Virus record (IMG/VR): IMGVR_UViG_3300044701_003563
Reading direction: 5' to 3' (one strand)
Origin: a virus
DNA length: 64,000 nucleotides
Below the pieces are notes generated by a model. That model worked only from the letters and a program-made list of their open reading frames with translations, was not told the origin of the DNA and ran no database searches. Position numbers and translations under genes: made by a program. The stretch's first letter is position 1. Each line of letters begins with the position of its first letter. Positions 1 through 9,371 of the stretch are shown piece after piece.

Positions 1-507
1 AATTCCATCCCCCTGAGCATAATATCTTGTTCTAGCATATTCATCTTTAACCAAACCAACTCTAAAGTCAAAACAATTAGTTTGATTTAAAATAATAAAT
101 TCACATGTACTATTATACTTACATTCTTCAAGAAAAGAGTGTATGGTGGCTTCTCCCGACCCATAAAAATTTTTCATTTTAATTGGAGAGGTATCATCTT
201 TTTGTACTATTCCTCTTTCAAAAAGTTTTCCATTTTTATCATTAGGTTTTCTTACTCTAAAGATATTTTGCTGACTTTTATATTCAATTGGCGATTTAAA
301 AAGTTTATAGTCTCTTCCATTTTCATCAATATGTTGCAAAGGTATTGAACAAAAATGAGAGAATGCTTTTTCTCTCATGGAAGAGACCAACATATTATCA
401 GATCTACTTTTAAATCCTATATCATTATGAATGTCCATACAAAATCCAACAAATGAGTCCCAATCACAATTATTTTGAATTAGATCGGCAATTTCTTCAA
501 GATTCAT
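1..507 (-). CDS. Hypothetical protein, possible PD-(D/E)xK nuclease fold; runs off the left window edge
   Basis: Manually translated open frame from ATG at 507 (MNLEEIADLIQNNCDWDSFVGFC...HIDENGRDYKLFKSPIEYKSQ...YAQGDGI) with no stop before position 1. It is absent from the ORF track and has an upstream sigma70 promoter. Confidence 0.8.
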   Translation of the reverse strand, partial: MNLEEIADLIQNNCDWDSFVGFCMDIHNDIGFKSRSDNMLVSSMREKAFSHFCSIPLQHIDENGRDYKLFKSPIEYKSQQNIFRVRKPNDKNGKLFERGIVQKDDTSPIKMKNFYGSGEATIHSFLEECKYNSTCEFIILNQTNCFDFRVGLVKDEYARTRYYAQGDGI

Positions 508-529
508 GGAGTTTGTAGTGGTTGACAGA

Positions 530-558
530 ACTGTAACCGATTATATCTAATTTGTCAA
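530..558 (-). promoter_or_regulatory. Sigma70-type early promoter
   Basis: TTGACA (558-553), 17-nt spacer, TACAGT (535-530), about 23 nt upstream of the ATG at 507. Confidence 0.6.
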
Positions 559-3500
559 TCCTCAATTTGAAAATCTTCTGCCCAGCACTCACCGTATCCA
601 TTTTTCTGGTCATCATATGGATAATGTTGCAATCCTTTACGGTTCCATTCCAGATCAATTCCTTCTCTGGGGAAAGACTTAAATGCTCTAGTAGTAACAT
701 TTTGACTAACTTGATGGGATTGATTCCATCCTCCGCAATTGTCATGTAAATATTTTTCAGGTTCAAGTAACATGATGTTGATTGTTTCATCAAATTTAGA
801 GCAATATCTTGCTCCAATATAAGTTTCATTTCTAACAAAGAAAGGATAATATTTGTGAAGATTTTCTTTTGATATTTTAATTTTATCAGAAAGACCATTA
901 TATTCTAATGGAATATCATACAATTCTTTTACATTACAACTTTTTCCCCAAAAAACATGATCTCTTGGATGAAACAAAAGATTTGGATATATTCCAGCAA
1001 CAAAAATCTGATCTTCAAATTCTCGATTATTCAACAGGTAATTGTACATATTATGCATACTTTCATCATAATATCTTTGATCGGTTCTCATTTTGGCGCA
1101 ATACTCAGTTGTAACTAATTCAAGTCCAGCATGAGCACTTGCTATTTGTAAATTTCTATTGTCAGTTCCTGGAATTGGTTTTTCTATTTCAACAATTTTA
1201 ACTCTATCATGATCAATAGATCCGTCATACTGTCCCTTCCAAGTAGAAAGAATTATATTATTAATAAAATCTAGTTTAAGGTATGAATTTATAATATTTG
1301 GAGTCTCTTCATCAAAATGCCCAGCAAGGACAATATCAATTTTTCCAATATCGTTATTTACACTATTGGTTTCTTCATTTTTATTTTTATTGCAGGAAAG
1401 ATTTTCCAGTATATCTCGATATTGCTCGGTAAAGAAGCACTCAATGTTCTTAAATTTTTCTAGTTCTTTTTCTACTTGAACTTTATATTCTTCTGGAATT
1501 TCATAATTATCTTTAATATCCATCAAAATATTATAAGATTCTTCAATTTTACCCCAATCCCAAGCAGCAAGTGCTTGCTCGTACATAATAGCAAATTTCC
1601 CAGGAAAATGAACATCCGTTTTAAAATTGGGAATAGAATCAAAACTGGAAAAATTTAAAGCTGTTGATGCGTAAATATAACAATCTTGCCAAAATCCTCT
1701 TTTTCTGCAGAAATTACTCAGATGATAATATGCTTCTGGTCTATGTGGTAATAATACCAATGCTTGTTGTAAAATTCCTTTTGCGGTCATATCTCTAGTT
1801 CCTTGCCTATCATAACAATAAGCACCATGAATTAAAGATTCATAAGCATAATGATCGTTTTCAAATCTTTCTGCTGCTCTTAAGAAGAAAGAAAGTGCAG
1901 CCGCATCTTGACCATGAACTTCATACCAAAGTCCAATTTTAAAATTAAGTTCTGGATTTTCAGTATCAGATGAATATTCAGTCAGCAATTCTTCAATATC
2001 CAGAACAATTTGAACATAGTTTTGATTTTTTACATGCACCATTGATTTTTCTCCTAAATTTTCTACTTTTTCAAATGCCCAATCATTTGCTGAAAGTGAT
2101 TTTACTTGTCTATATCCCATATTATACATCAAACTTTGAATTTTTTCAGCATTCTCATCCAAGTGAAGGTATTCAAATTCTACTTTTTTTATCAAATATT
2201 TTTCCCAATTAAAATTAAGTAATATATCCGATTCTAGACCTTCAATGTCCAATAATAACCAATCAATTTCTTTAAGATTGTATCTATCAAATAATTCTTC
2301 CAATGTAATACAGGAAATTTCAAAAGTTTCAATATTTCCATCCGTGAGGGAAGATCCAGGCCAATCAATACATTTTTGAATATGTTCTTTTTTGCAAGAT
2401 GCGATTTCGTAATTTGATTCTTCAGGATGATAATAAAAGGTTAGATGATCATGTTCATGCGATGGACTTTTTATTCCCAAATTTTCTACAAAAATATTAT
2501 TATATTTTTTATAGCATTCTTTTACAGAATCTATATGTATTTTATTTGCATCTACAAATAGTCCAAATTCTATTTCATTTTCTTTATAATTTAAAGACAA
2601 ATACTCATATAAATCATCATACCCTCTATTACAACCAATTTGAACTACTTTTAATTTTTTTAAATTATTTTTCCCAAAAATTAAATTTAAATTATTTTTT
2701 GAATTATTTTTCCACCAATTTAAATTGTAAGTATAGCTATCGAGATGATTTTCCTTAATACCACTATCTATTTCAGAAAACGTGGTCCCTAATTTAAGAT
2801 CTTCTAGAAATAAATTGACTGAATATACTTTACCATGTCCCCAGAATAAAACATTTTCTGGCATTGGATACCATCCAGTATCATAAACTTCCAAATTAAA
2901 TTCATTTTCTGAAACATAATATTGATCAATAATACGTTTTGCGTATTCTTTAGTGAGAATATAAGCAGTTACTGACCAATCGGTTTGCCATCTATTTTCA
3001 AATTTTAAATCTCTTTGTTCATCCCTAATACAATAAAGTTGAACGCAGTCAGCATCATCTGGAAGATTTTCAATGAACTCTTTCCAGGTAAAATCCCAAT
3101 ATTTTAAAGATTCCAAACTTAGATCATCTTCACAAAAGAATCCATATTTTTCATCAGATTCATCATACCATTTTTTAATCATTTTGATATGTGAAACTAC
3201 ACATCCTTTAGTCCCACTATCTAAAATATTAACTTGAGATCCAGTAACTATATCATTAGACTGATCAAATCTTTTAGATATTAATGGATTAAATTCAGTT
3301 ACTCCATTTTTTTTAAATTGTTCTATTAAATTTTTTTGCCTATCTTTACTTTCTTCAAGACTAATAAAATTTACTTTTGGAAAATCTTCAAGTTTTTTTA
3401 TATTATTTACTTTTTTTGCATGAAAATATCTCTCGGATATTTCTTCCAATTTCCATTCATGAATCCTTTTAATATAAAAATTATCAATTTTACCAATGTC

Positions 3501-4280
3501 ATTTTTATTCAATGACACATGAAGTGTAGACAAGACATAATCAACTTCCCACTCAAGTTGATCTTCTGAGTAAATTTCTTTAAGGTTATTATATATTTCT
3601 TCTCTAATGTAAGGTTGATCTACATGTCCTTTAAAATTTTCAACCCTTTTACTATCTGGATGGGGAATATGAATTATAGAATTATCAAAATCAATTTTTA
3701 CTTTTTTGAGTCCAGATAATTCCAATCTTTTAAATATTTCTTCATCTTCAAACGCATAATAGTTGTGCAATAACTCATTATACCCATTTATTTTATTAAA
3801 ATTTTCTTTCTTGGTAAAAAGAAGTCCAATCAAATACTTATAAAATGGAGAATATGATTTATCGTATAGGAGCAATCCTTCTCTCCCCAGTAACATGTAA
3901 TTATAATCTTCTGGAAATTGAGATTCATCAACAGCATGTTCATATTCTCCACAGACAAATTCATTATCTTTAGGGAAATATCTTTCAAAAAAATTATAAT
4001 ATGGATTTATTACATAATCACAATCAACTTTTAAAATATATTCTCCTGTAGCAAAATCAGCCGCAAGATTTAAAGGTTGAGGTTGATTAAAATATTTCTC
4101 ATCAGAGACTTTAATAATTTTTATTCTCGGATCATGGGAAAGTAAAAAATCAATTGATTCATCAGAATCCCAATCCACAATTATTATTTCTGTTATTTCT
4201 TTAAATTTAACCCAAGAATTTAAAGAAACCCGTAAAGCATCAATTCTATTTTTGCAAGAACAAATTAATGATACACTCAT
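555..4280 (-). CDS. Multidomain glycosyltransferase: GT2/GT7C-like + GT25 + FkbM methyltransferase + TPR + WavE-like
   Basis: EIIIVDWDS...LKVDCD...INGYNE..YAFEDEE (GT-A); FISLEESKDR...GCVVSH...CEDD...SVTAYIL (GT25); QIGCNRG...IDWLLLDIEGLE...FEY (FkbM); LLPHRPEAYYHLS (TPR); IILSTW...NRNLQIAS...AKMRTD...FHPRDHVFWG (WavE-like). Confidence 0.8.
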   Translation of the reverse strand: MSVSLICSCKNRIDALRVSLNSWVKFKEITEIIIVDWDSDESIDFLLSHDPRIKIIKVSDEKYFNQPQPLNLAADFATGEYILKVDCDYVINPYYNFFERYFPKDNEFVCGEYEHAVDESQFPEDYNYMLLGREGLLLYDKSYSPFYKYLIGLLFTKKENFNKINGYNELLHNYYAFEDEEIFKRLELSGLKKVKIDFDNSIIHIPHPDSKRVENFKGHVDQPYIREEIYNNLKEIYSEDQLEWEVDYVLSTLHVSLNKNDIGKIDNFYIKRIHEWKLEEISERYFHAKKVNNIKKLEDFPKVNFISLEESKDRQKNLIEQFKKNGVTEFNPLISKRFDQSNDIVTGSQVNILDSGTKGCVVSHIKMIKKWYDESDEKYGFFCEDDLSLESLKYWDFTWKEFIENLPDDADCVQLYCIRDEQRDLKFENRWQTDWSVTAYILTKEYAKRIIDQYYVSENEFNLEVYDTGWYPMPENVLFWGHGKVYSVNLFLEDLKLGTTFSEIDSGIKENHLDSYTYNLNWWKNNSKNNLNLIFGKNNLKKLKVVQIGCNRGYDDLYEYLSLNYKENEIEFGLFVDANKIHIDSVKECYKKYNNIFVENLGIKSPSHEHDHLTFYYHPEESNYEIASCKKEHIQKCIDWPGSSLTDGNIETFEISCITLEELFDRYNLKEIDWLLLDIEGLESDILLNFNWEKYLIKKVEFEYLHLDENAEKIQSLMYNMGYRQVKSLSANDWAFEKVENLGEKSMVHVKNQNYVQIVLDIEELLTEYSSDTENPELNFKIGLWYEVHGQDAAALSFFLRAAERFENDHYAYESLIHGAYCYDRQGTRDMTAKGILQQALVLLPHRPEAYYHLSNFCRKRGFWQDCYIYASTALNFSSFDSIPNFKTDVHFPGKFAIMYEQALAAWDWGKIEESYNILMDIKDNYEIPEEYKVQVEKELEKFKNIECFFTEQYRDILENLSCNKNKNEETNSVNNDIGKIDIVLAGHFDEETPNIINSYLKLDFINNIILSTWKGQYDGSIDHDRVKIVEIEKPIPGTDNRNLQIASAHAGLELVTTEYCAKMRTDQRYYDESMHNMYNYLLNNREFEDQIFVAGIYPNLLFHPRDHVFWGKSCNVKELYDIPLEYNGLSDKIKISKENLHKYYPFFVRNETYIGARYCSKFDETINIMLLEPEKYLHDNCGGWNQSHQVSQNVTTRAFKSFPREGIDLEWNRKGLQHYPYDDQKNGYGECWAEDFQIED

Positions 4281-4301
4281 AATGTCAAAACTATATTTTC
4301 T

Positions 4302-4778
4302 TTATTTAACCGATTTGAAAAACAATCTTTTGTAGTCGTTGCAAAAATCCGTGCAAATTCCTTTTGAATTTGTAAGATAACCATTACTTTCTTCAGAATG
4401 ATAAAAATCTGTAATTTCTGGAAGCACAATTATGGATTTATGATATGGTTTTTTGCCTGGATACACCCACCCTATTCCATGACTTGTGATTGTATATTGA
4501 TCATTTTCATGCCAAAAATAATTAAAAGATGTTTCAGAAAAAAAGTCAAGTGCTTGAACATTTTTACAATGAATCCAAAGATATTTTTTTCTTCGTATTA
4601 ACCAATCAAAAGTCACATGATGCTGAGGATTATCATGTCCAAGAAAAAGTCCGTTATCTTCTCTAATATCAATTTCCACATCAAATCCAGATTTAATGGC
4701 CTCATCAATATAGTCTAAACTATTTTCTCTCAATGGATTTGGTCCATCGAGATTTCCTCTATGTGCGATTATTTTCAT
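4302..4778 (-). CDS. Glycerophosphodiester phosphodiesterase (PLC-like) family protein
   Basis: IIAHRGN...ENS...GFDVEIDI...LGHD...WIHCKN...GICTD motifs. Confidence 0.8.
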   Translation of the reverse strand: MKIIAHRGNLDGPNPLRENSLDYIDEAIKSGFDVEIDIREDNGLFLGHDNPQHHVTFDWLIRRKKYLWIHCKNVQALDFFSETSFNYFWHENDQYTITSHGIGWVYPGKKPYHKSIIVLPEITDFYHSEESNGYLTNSKGICTDFCNDYKRLFFKSVK

Positions 4779-5101
4779 TTTTTTGTTAAGGAAATTTTAT
4801 CGTTTTGTATACCAGGAAGTTTCACACATACTATTTCACAATCTTCTAAAAATTCTGGATCTGCAATTTCAAAAGGGGTTAAAGTAAAAATATCTCCAGC
4901 ATTTAATTCCACTCCTTGAAGAATCATTCTACCACGAACCAACAAATTTATTTCTGTGACTTTTTCATGGTAATGAATATCCCATTGCTCACCCTTCGGA
5001 TGAGTTTTATAAGAAACTTCAACTGCATCAGTTTTATACGCACAATCAAAGTTTCCAATAAACCATCCACCAATCATTCTATCAAGTCTATCTAATTTCA
5101 T
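4775..5101 (-). CDS. Cupin-domain protein
   Basis: GWFIGNF...HYHEKVTEINLLVRGRM...GDIFTLTP cupin motif; translationally coupled to both neighbours. Confidence 0.75.
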   Translation of the reverse strand: MKLDRLDRMIGGWFIGNFDCAYKTDAVEVSYKTHPKGEQWDIHYHEKVTEINLLVRGRMILQGVELNAGDIFTLTPFEIADPEFLEDCEIVCVKLPGIQNDKISLTKK

Positions 5102-6216
5102 AGATTATATTTCTCCCAATCAACACTATCAAATCCAGAGTCAGTAATTAAATTAATTGCTACAGATCTATCGTTGTCTTCATCTTTGAGTTTATCATTG
5201 ATTAAAACTCTAACTCCACTAGAAACACCCATAATCAAATGATCCCAACATATTCCCAGAGATTTAAGATGATTCTCTGTCATTTCTCTGGCAGATTCTT
5301 TTCTAGCAGTTGTTAAAATAATTTTATATCCTTTAGAATCCCATTCATTAAATTTATTATTAACTCCAGGAAGAACTTCTGGATCAATTTGATTTAGATC
5401 ACTAAATTTATGACAGTGTTTTAACACTGTTCCATCCAAATCACAAAAAATTGTTTTTGGTTTATTTGTATAAAATTCCTTTAACTTTCCAAGATAAATT
5501 GAAACATCTTCGGGAGTTCCTAATGGAATATAACTATTTTTGGGAATAAAAAATGGAACAATAGAATAATTTCTTTCAATCAAATAATTATAAGTTTCTG
5601 AGATATAACATTCTGGAAGTCCACTTATTCTAAAATGTTTAAGTAAATTTTCAGAAGACTCTACAAAATCTTTTCCTCTTGCCCAATAATGTATTCCAAC
5701 AAGAGCATTATCACTAATTGGATCTTTTTCCACAATCTTTACAATTTTGCATCCATTAGTATAATTTTCTTTAATTTTAGCAAAACTATTTTTAGGATCT
5801 TTTGATTTAAATAATACAACTGCTCCATCTACGGAAAGATTGTCTGAGACTTCTTCCAAAAAAGCATTAGGATCCCAATCCATGAGTTGATCGCAATTCG
5901 TAATAATCAACTCTTCTTCATTATCAATTAAATGCTTTGCATAAAGACAAGTTTCACTGCATCCACTTGTAACATTATCAATGCGAATTTCTTCACAATT
6001 TGGATCTAATTTTTTAAGAATCTTTGTCAGTTCTTCATTGTATTGAGGATCTTCATAATTTCGGGTAATGAAAATATATCTTCCAGGAATACCAAGAGAT
6101 TCTACAGAATGTTCAATAAGAGTTTTTCCATTAACTTTAATCAAAGGTTTAGGTGTTTTAATTCCATTTTTAGAAAACCTACTACCAAGTCCCGCCATTG
6201 GGATAATGATATTCAT
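5098..6216 (-). CDS. Sugar/phospho-nucleotidyltransferase fused to a C-terminal HAD-family phosphatase
   Basis: IIIPMAGLGSRF...PKPLI...NCDQ...VEK...GTPED (NTP transferase), then IFCDLDGT...TTAR...INDK (HAD). ATG at 6216 has a GAGGA RBS. Confidence 0.85.
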   Translation of the reverse strand: MNIIIPMAGLGSRFSKNGIKTPKPLIKVNGKTLIEHSVESLGIPGRYIFITRNYEDPQYNEELTKILKKLDPNCEEIRIDNVTSGCSETCLYAKHLIDNEEELIITNCDQLMDWDPNAFLEEVSDNLSVDGAVVLFKSKDPKNSFAKIKENYTNGCKIVKIVEKDPISDNALVGIHYWARGKDFVESSENLLKHFRISGLPECYISETYNYLIERNYSIVPFFIPKNSYIPLGTPEDVSIYLGKLKEFYTNKPKTIFCDLDGTVLKHCHKFSDLNQIDPEVLPGVNNKFNEWDSKGYKIILTTARKESAREMTENHLKSLGICWDHLIMGVSSGVRVLINDKLKDEDNDRSVAINLITDSGFDSVDWEKYNL

Positions 6217-6218
6217 AA

Positions 6219-7214
6219 TCAATCCTCAAAAATATAATTTTTAACAAATTCCTTAGATGCTTTTAAAAGATATGATGCATTATCTTGAAATCCAAAAGTA
6301 ATTAGATAATCTTCTTTATATTCAGTCATTCCAACTGCAAATTCTATTTCCGCATTCAAAAATGAGAATCTTTTAGAAACTTTAACAATGTTCCAATCTT
6401 CATCAAAGACAACAAATCTATGTCTGTAAGTTCCATCTTTTCTATAATGAGGACTTTGAGTTAAAAATGTTTCATGTGTTAAACAAAATCTATGCTTTTC
6501 ATCAAACCTAAGAACTTGAGATCCTCCACGAAGATCAATACATCCAAGATCTTTCCAATGATGTGAGACAACTTTTTCTGTTTTTTTAGATTCTAAATCA
6601 TATTTTACAATTTCAGTTCCATTAGTCCACTTTAAGAAGTGATATGGCATATCGAGAATTGGCATCCAATTTTTCTCGCAATAAGAATCATCATTTCCAG
6701 GGGTAGGAATACGAATTTGATTTATTTCTTTTACATATCCATCACCAATCTCAAGTTCACATAGTTCCATTCTACCAATACCTGTGGTTTCTAAATCTCG
6801 TCTAACTCCACAAGTATAAAATTTTCCTTCCCATCTAAAAATACGAACATCTTCTAACCCAACAAAATCCCAAAGTTCTTTATTGGGAAATTTTGTCGTA
6901 TCAATATGATGGTATTTTTTGATTCTCATGTCCTCATCAAGTTCACACATAATATTCCATGTGCGAAGACGAAGATCATTTTCTGGATGAATATAAACTA
7001 AAGGACCCCAATGATGCTCAAACTTTTTTGTTTCTGAATGATATAATGTGTAATTAATATTTCTAAGATTTACCCAAATTTTATCCCCATCCACATAAAT
7101 TGAAGGGTTCATTAAAGCTGGACCCTTTAAATCTTTAGATGGAATAACAAGAGGATGAATACTTCCTCCATTTTGAATAGCAAGTTTTACCAGATTATTT
7201 GGATCTACAGTCAT
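6219..7214 (-). CDS. Five-bladed beta-propeller glycosidase/phosphorylase-like protein (GH130/GH43-like)
   Basis: MNPSI...GLEDVRIF...CEKNWMP...LRGGSQ...YRHRF...IEFAVG...FGFQD motif series. Confidence 0.65.
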   Translation of the reverse strand: MTVDPNNLVKLAIQNGGSIHPLVIPSKDLKGPALMNPSIYVDGDKIWVNLRNINYTLYHSETKKFEHHWGPLVYIHPENDLRLRTWNIMCELDEDMRIKKYHHIDTTKFPNKELWDFVGLEDVRIFRWEGKFYTCGVRRDLETTGIGRMELCELEIGDGYVKEINQIRIPTPGNDDSYCEKNWMPILDMPYHFLKWTNGTEIVKYDLESKKTEKVVSHHWKDLGCIDLRGGSQVLRFDEKHRFCLTHETFLTQSPHYRKDGTYRHRFVVFDEDWNIVKVSKRFSFLNAEIEFAVGMTEYKEDYLITFGFQDNASYLLKASKEFVKNYIFED

Positions 7215-7237
7215 GAATATCTCAAGTCAATTCGATA

Positions 7238-7244
7238 TATTTAG
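7238..7244 (-). promoter_or_regulatory. T4-type late promoter variant (CTAAATA)
   Basis: CTAAATA about 24 nt upstream of the 7214 ATG. Confidence 0.5.
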
Positions 7245-7253
7245 AATCTTATC

Positions 7254-7282
7254 AGTATAGTCGTTTTTATTTCAAAAAGCAA
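7254..7282 (-). promoter_or_regulatory. Sigma70-type promoter for the sugar-modification operon
   Basis: TTGCTT (7282-7277), 17 nt, TATACT (7259-7254). Confidence 0.5.
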
Positions 7283-7284
7283 GC

Positions 7285-7313
7285 TTGACTTAGGTTCAAT
7301 TTTTTGTTACAAT
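7285..7313 (+). promoter_or_regulatory. Sigma70-type promoter pointing antisense into the fibre operon
   Basis: TTGACT (7285-7290), 17 nt ending in TGn, TACAAT (7308-7313); no credible plus-strand gene downstream. Confidence 0.5.
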
Positions 7314-7350
7314 GTCCTTGTCAAGGATGATAGTTATATTAATAAAGTCT

Positions 7351-7905
7351 CTAAGATACTTCTCCCCAATTATAAGATTGGTAAGTATAAGGTTGTGGAG
7401 TTTGTGATATCCATTCAATTTCATTAACTTCAACATAGGATCTAGTAGCAGCTCCACCTCCAACACCTCCAGCAGTTTGTGCTACCAGCAATTCTACTCC
7501 AGAACCTGTTGCAAGACTTGGATTAATTGTACTTGCATTTACTTCAAGTACTGCTGTTACATTAGTTGCTCCAGTGTTTGTTGCCGATGCGGAAATATTT
7601 CTTGTTGTTCCATTTTCAAATAAAGTCAATGTTGCTGTTACGTTTTGACCTCCCGTTCCACTATTAGCTGCATTTCTTCTTCTAAAAGAACATCTGAATG
7701 TTTGAATTCCAACTAATCCAGGTCTATCGAAAGTTTGTGTTGGAGTTGGAAAGGACACGCGAACTTGAGTTTGTCCACCTCCATTTGCATCGAGATATAC
7801 TGTATCGGCACTACTTACACCATTATCAATATTACCAACAGTTACAGGTGCTGTATAATTTGCAGAAGCTAAAATTGCATCAGGAAATAAAGTTTGATAT
7901 GGCAT
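7351..7905 (-). CDS. Hypothetical virion protein (possible fibre tip)
   Basis: 184-aa G/T/N-rich beta-type ORF, last gene of the structural operon. Confidence 0.6.
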   Translation of the reverse strand: MPYQTLFPDAILASANYTAPVTVGNIDNGVSSADTVYLDANGGGQTQVRVSFPTPTQTFDRPGLVGIQTFRCSFRRRNAANSGTGGQNVTATLTLFENGTTRNISASATNTGATNVTAVLEVNASTINPSLATGSGVELLVAQTAGGVGGGAATRSYVEVNEIEWISQTPQPYTYQSYNWGEVS

Positions 7906-7907
7906 GA

Positions 7908-9371
7908 TTATCTAGATCTAAGTATTAGTGATAATGTGGCATTTACTGCAGATGTTGGAATTGTTGTTACTCTAAATCTTAATAAATCTCCTCTATTAAG
8001 TTGAGTTGTCCACCCAGTTAATGCAGTATTTGAAACAGCAATTGCTGAACTCAATGCTTGTCCACCATTGCTTATGTCTGCCCATGATGGTGTTGCTGCA
8101 AAAGTTGAACGTTCTACGATAATTGTCATGCTGTCAGATACCCCAGCAATTAATCTTGCTTCAATGATTGTGCAATCATTTGGTATTGAAAGAACAACCG
8201 TTGATCCACTTCCAATTGGATTTGAACCTCCATAAAATACAGCATTTACAACTCTTCTATTATCAACCCACTGCATAATTCCAGACGCATCTCTTTGGAG
8301 AATGTCATCTTGAATACCATCTGTTGCTGGTAAAGTTACTGTATAATCTGTAGTTGGGTTATTAAATTTAAAAGATGCAAACTGAGTGTTTCCACTATTT
8401 GCAAATCTGAAACTTTTATTTCCAGAAAGTGTTACATTGTTTGTTGGATCTAATACAATTTCACCAGATGTTACATTAACGAGATTTAAATCTGCACCCG
8501 TTGATCTTATTATTGGCTCGTTTCCTTGATAACCAACAGTTAATGTTACTGCATTAGTTGGATTTGAGATTGAAATGGCATTTGGGTTTCCAGCTAATGC
8601 AGTTGTTCTTATTAAAACACCTTCTCCTGTAGTGTTTGTTATAGGACCTACTGCCAATCTAGTGGTTACAGTTGCTATTCCAACAGTCGTCGTTGTTGGG
8701 CTTGTTTTATTTCCAACAAAAAGATTTCCAATTAATTCTATCGTATTGGTGTTATCATCAAAAATAAGATTTGTAGACCCTCCATGAAGTCCACCGTTAT
8801 TATATTGAATTGATCCGTCGGCTCCAGCAACACTATCAAACTCACCAAGAAGATCTGGAGCCCAATGAAGTGTATGCTCACCACTTACTGGATTTGTTAA
8901 TACTTTTAATACAGAACCTCCAAGTCCAACATGTTGAGGTAAATTATAAACTAAATTATTTACTCCATCTATATTTGAAGATGCTGAATGTTTGATCTGA
9001 GAATATAAATCAACACTATCTTTAAAAATTACACCACTTCCTGCGTTAAAATATACACTACTTCCATTTGTAGTAGCTGCAGCACCAGCAAAAACGCCAG
9101 AATTGTTGTATTGTAATTGAGTATTACTTCCAGATGCTGGAGTATCTGACCAGGAAAGAGTTCCAGATCCATCAGTTTTTAATACTTGATCTGAATTTCC
9201 ATCATTTAATGGTAGAGTTAATTGATAAGACGATGCTAATGTATCAGGGCATTTTATATCAACATAAGCACTTCTATCTCCATCTTGTAATCGAATTGTT
9301 GCACCTACACCAGATACTCCAGAAATAACTTCTGGATTTTTAAGTATTTGACCTCTTGATAATTCTGCCAT
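7908..9371 (-). CDS. Tail-fibre-like protein with C-terminal adaptor-like domain
   Basis: LTLP..DG..DQVLKTDGSGTLSW and QYNNSG fibre motifs; C-terminal ...RGDLLRFRV domain. Start placed at MAELSRG (TAATG overlap with the upstream stop). Confidence 0.75.
   Translation of the reverse strand: MAELSRGQILKNPEVISGVSGVGATIRLQDGDRSAYVDIKCPDTLASSYQLTLPLNDGNSDQVLKTDGSGTLSWSDTPASGSNTQLQYNNSGVFAGAAATTNGSSVYFNAGSGVIFKDSVDLYSQIKHSASSNIDGVNNLVYNLPQHVGLGGSVLKVLTNPVSGEHTLHWAPDLLGEFDSVAGADGSIQYNNGGLHGGSTNLIFDDNTNTIELIGNLFVGNKTSPTTTTVGIATVTTRLAVGPITNTTGEGVLIRTTALAGNPNAISISNPTNAVTLTVGYQGNEPIIRSTGADLNLVNVTSGEIVLDPTNNVTLSGNKSFRFANSGNTQFASFKFNNPTTDYTVTLPATDGIQDDILQRDASGIMQWVDNRRVVNAVFYGGSNPIGSGSTVVLSIPNDCTIIEARLIAGVSDSMTIIVERSTFAATPSWADISNGGQALSSAIAVSNTALTGWTTQLNRGDLLRFRVTTIPTSAVNATLSLILRSR

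Noticed and set aside
139-2758. Small ORFs overlapping the glycosyltransferase and the left-edge gene (e.g. 497..898, 2399..2758)
   Set aside because: Antisense or alternate-frame ORFs with atypical composition, lying largely inside better-supported genes.
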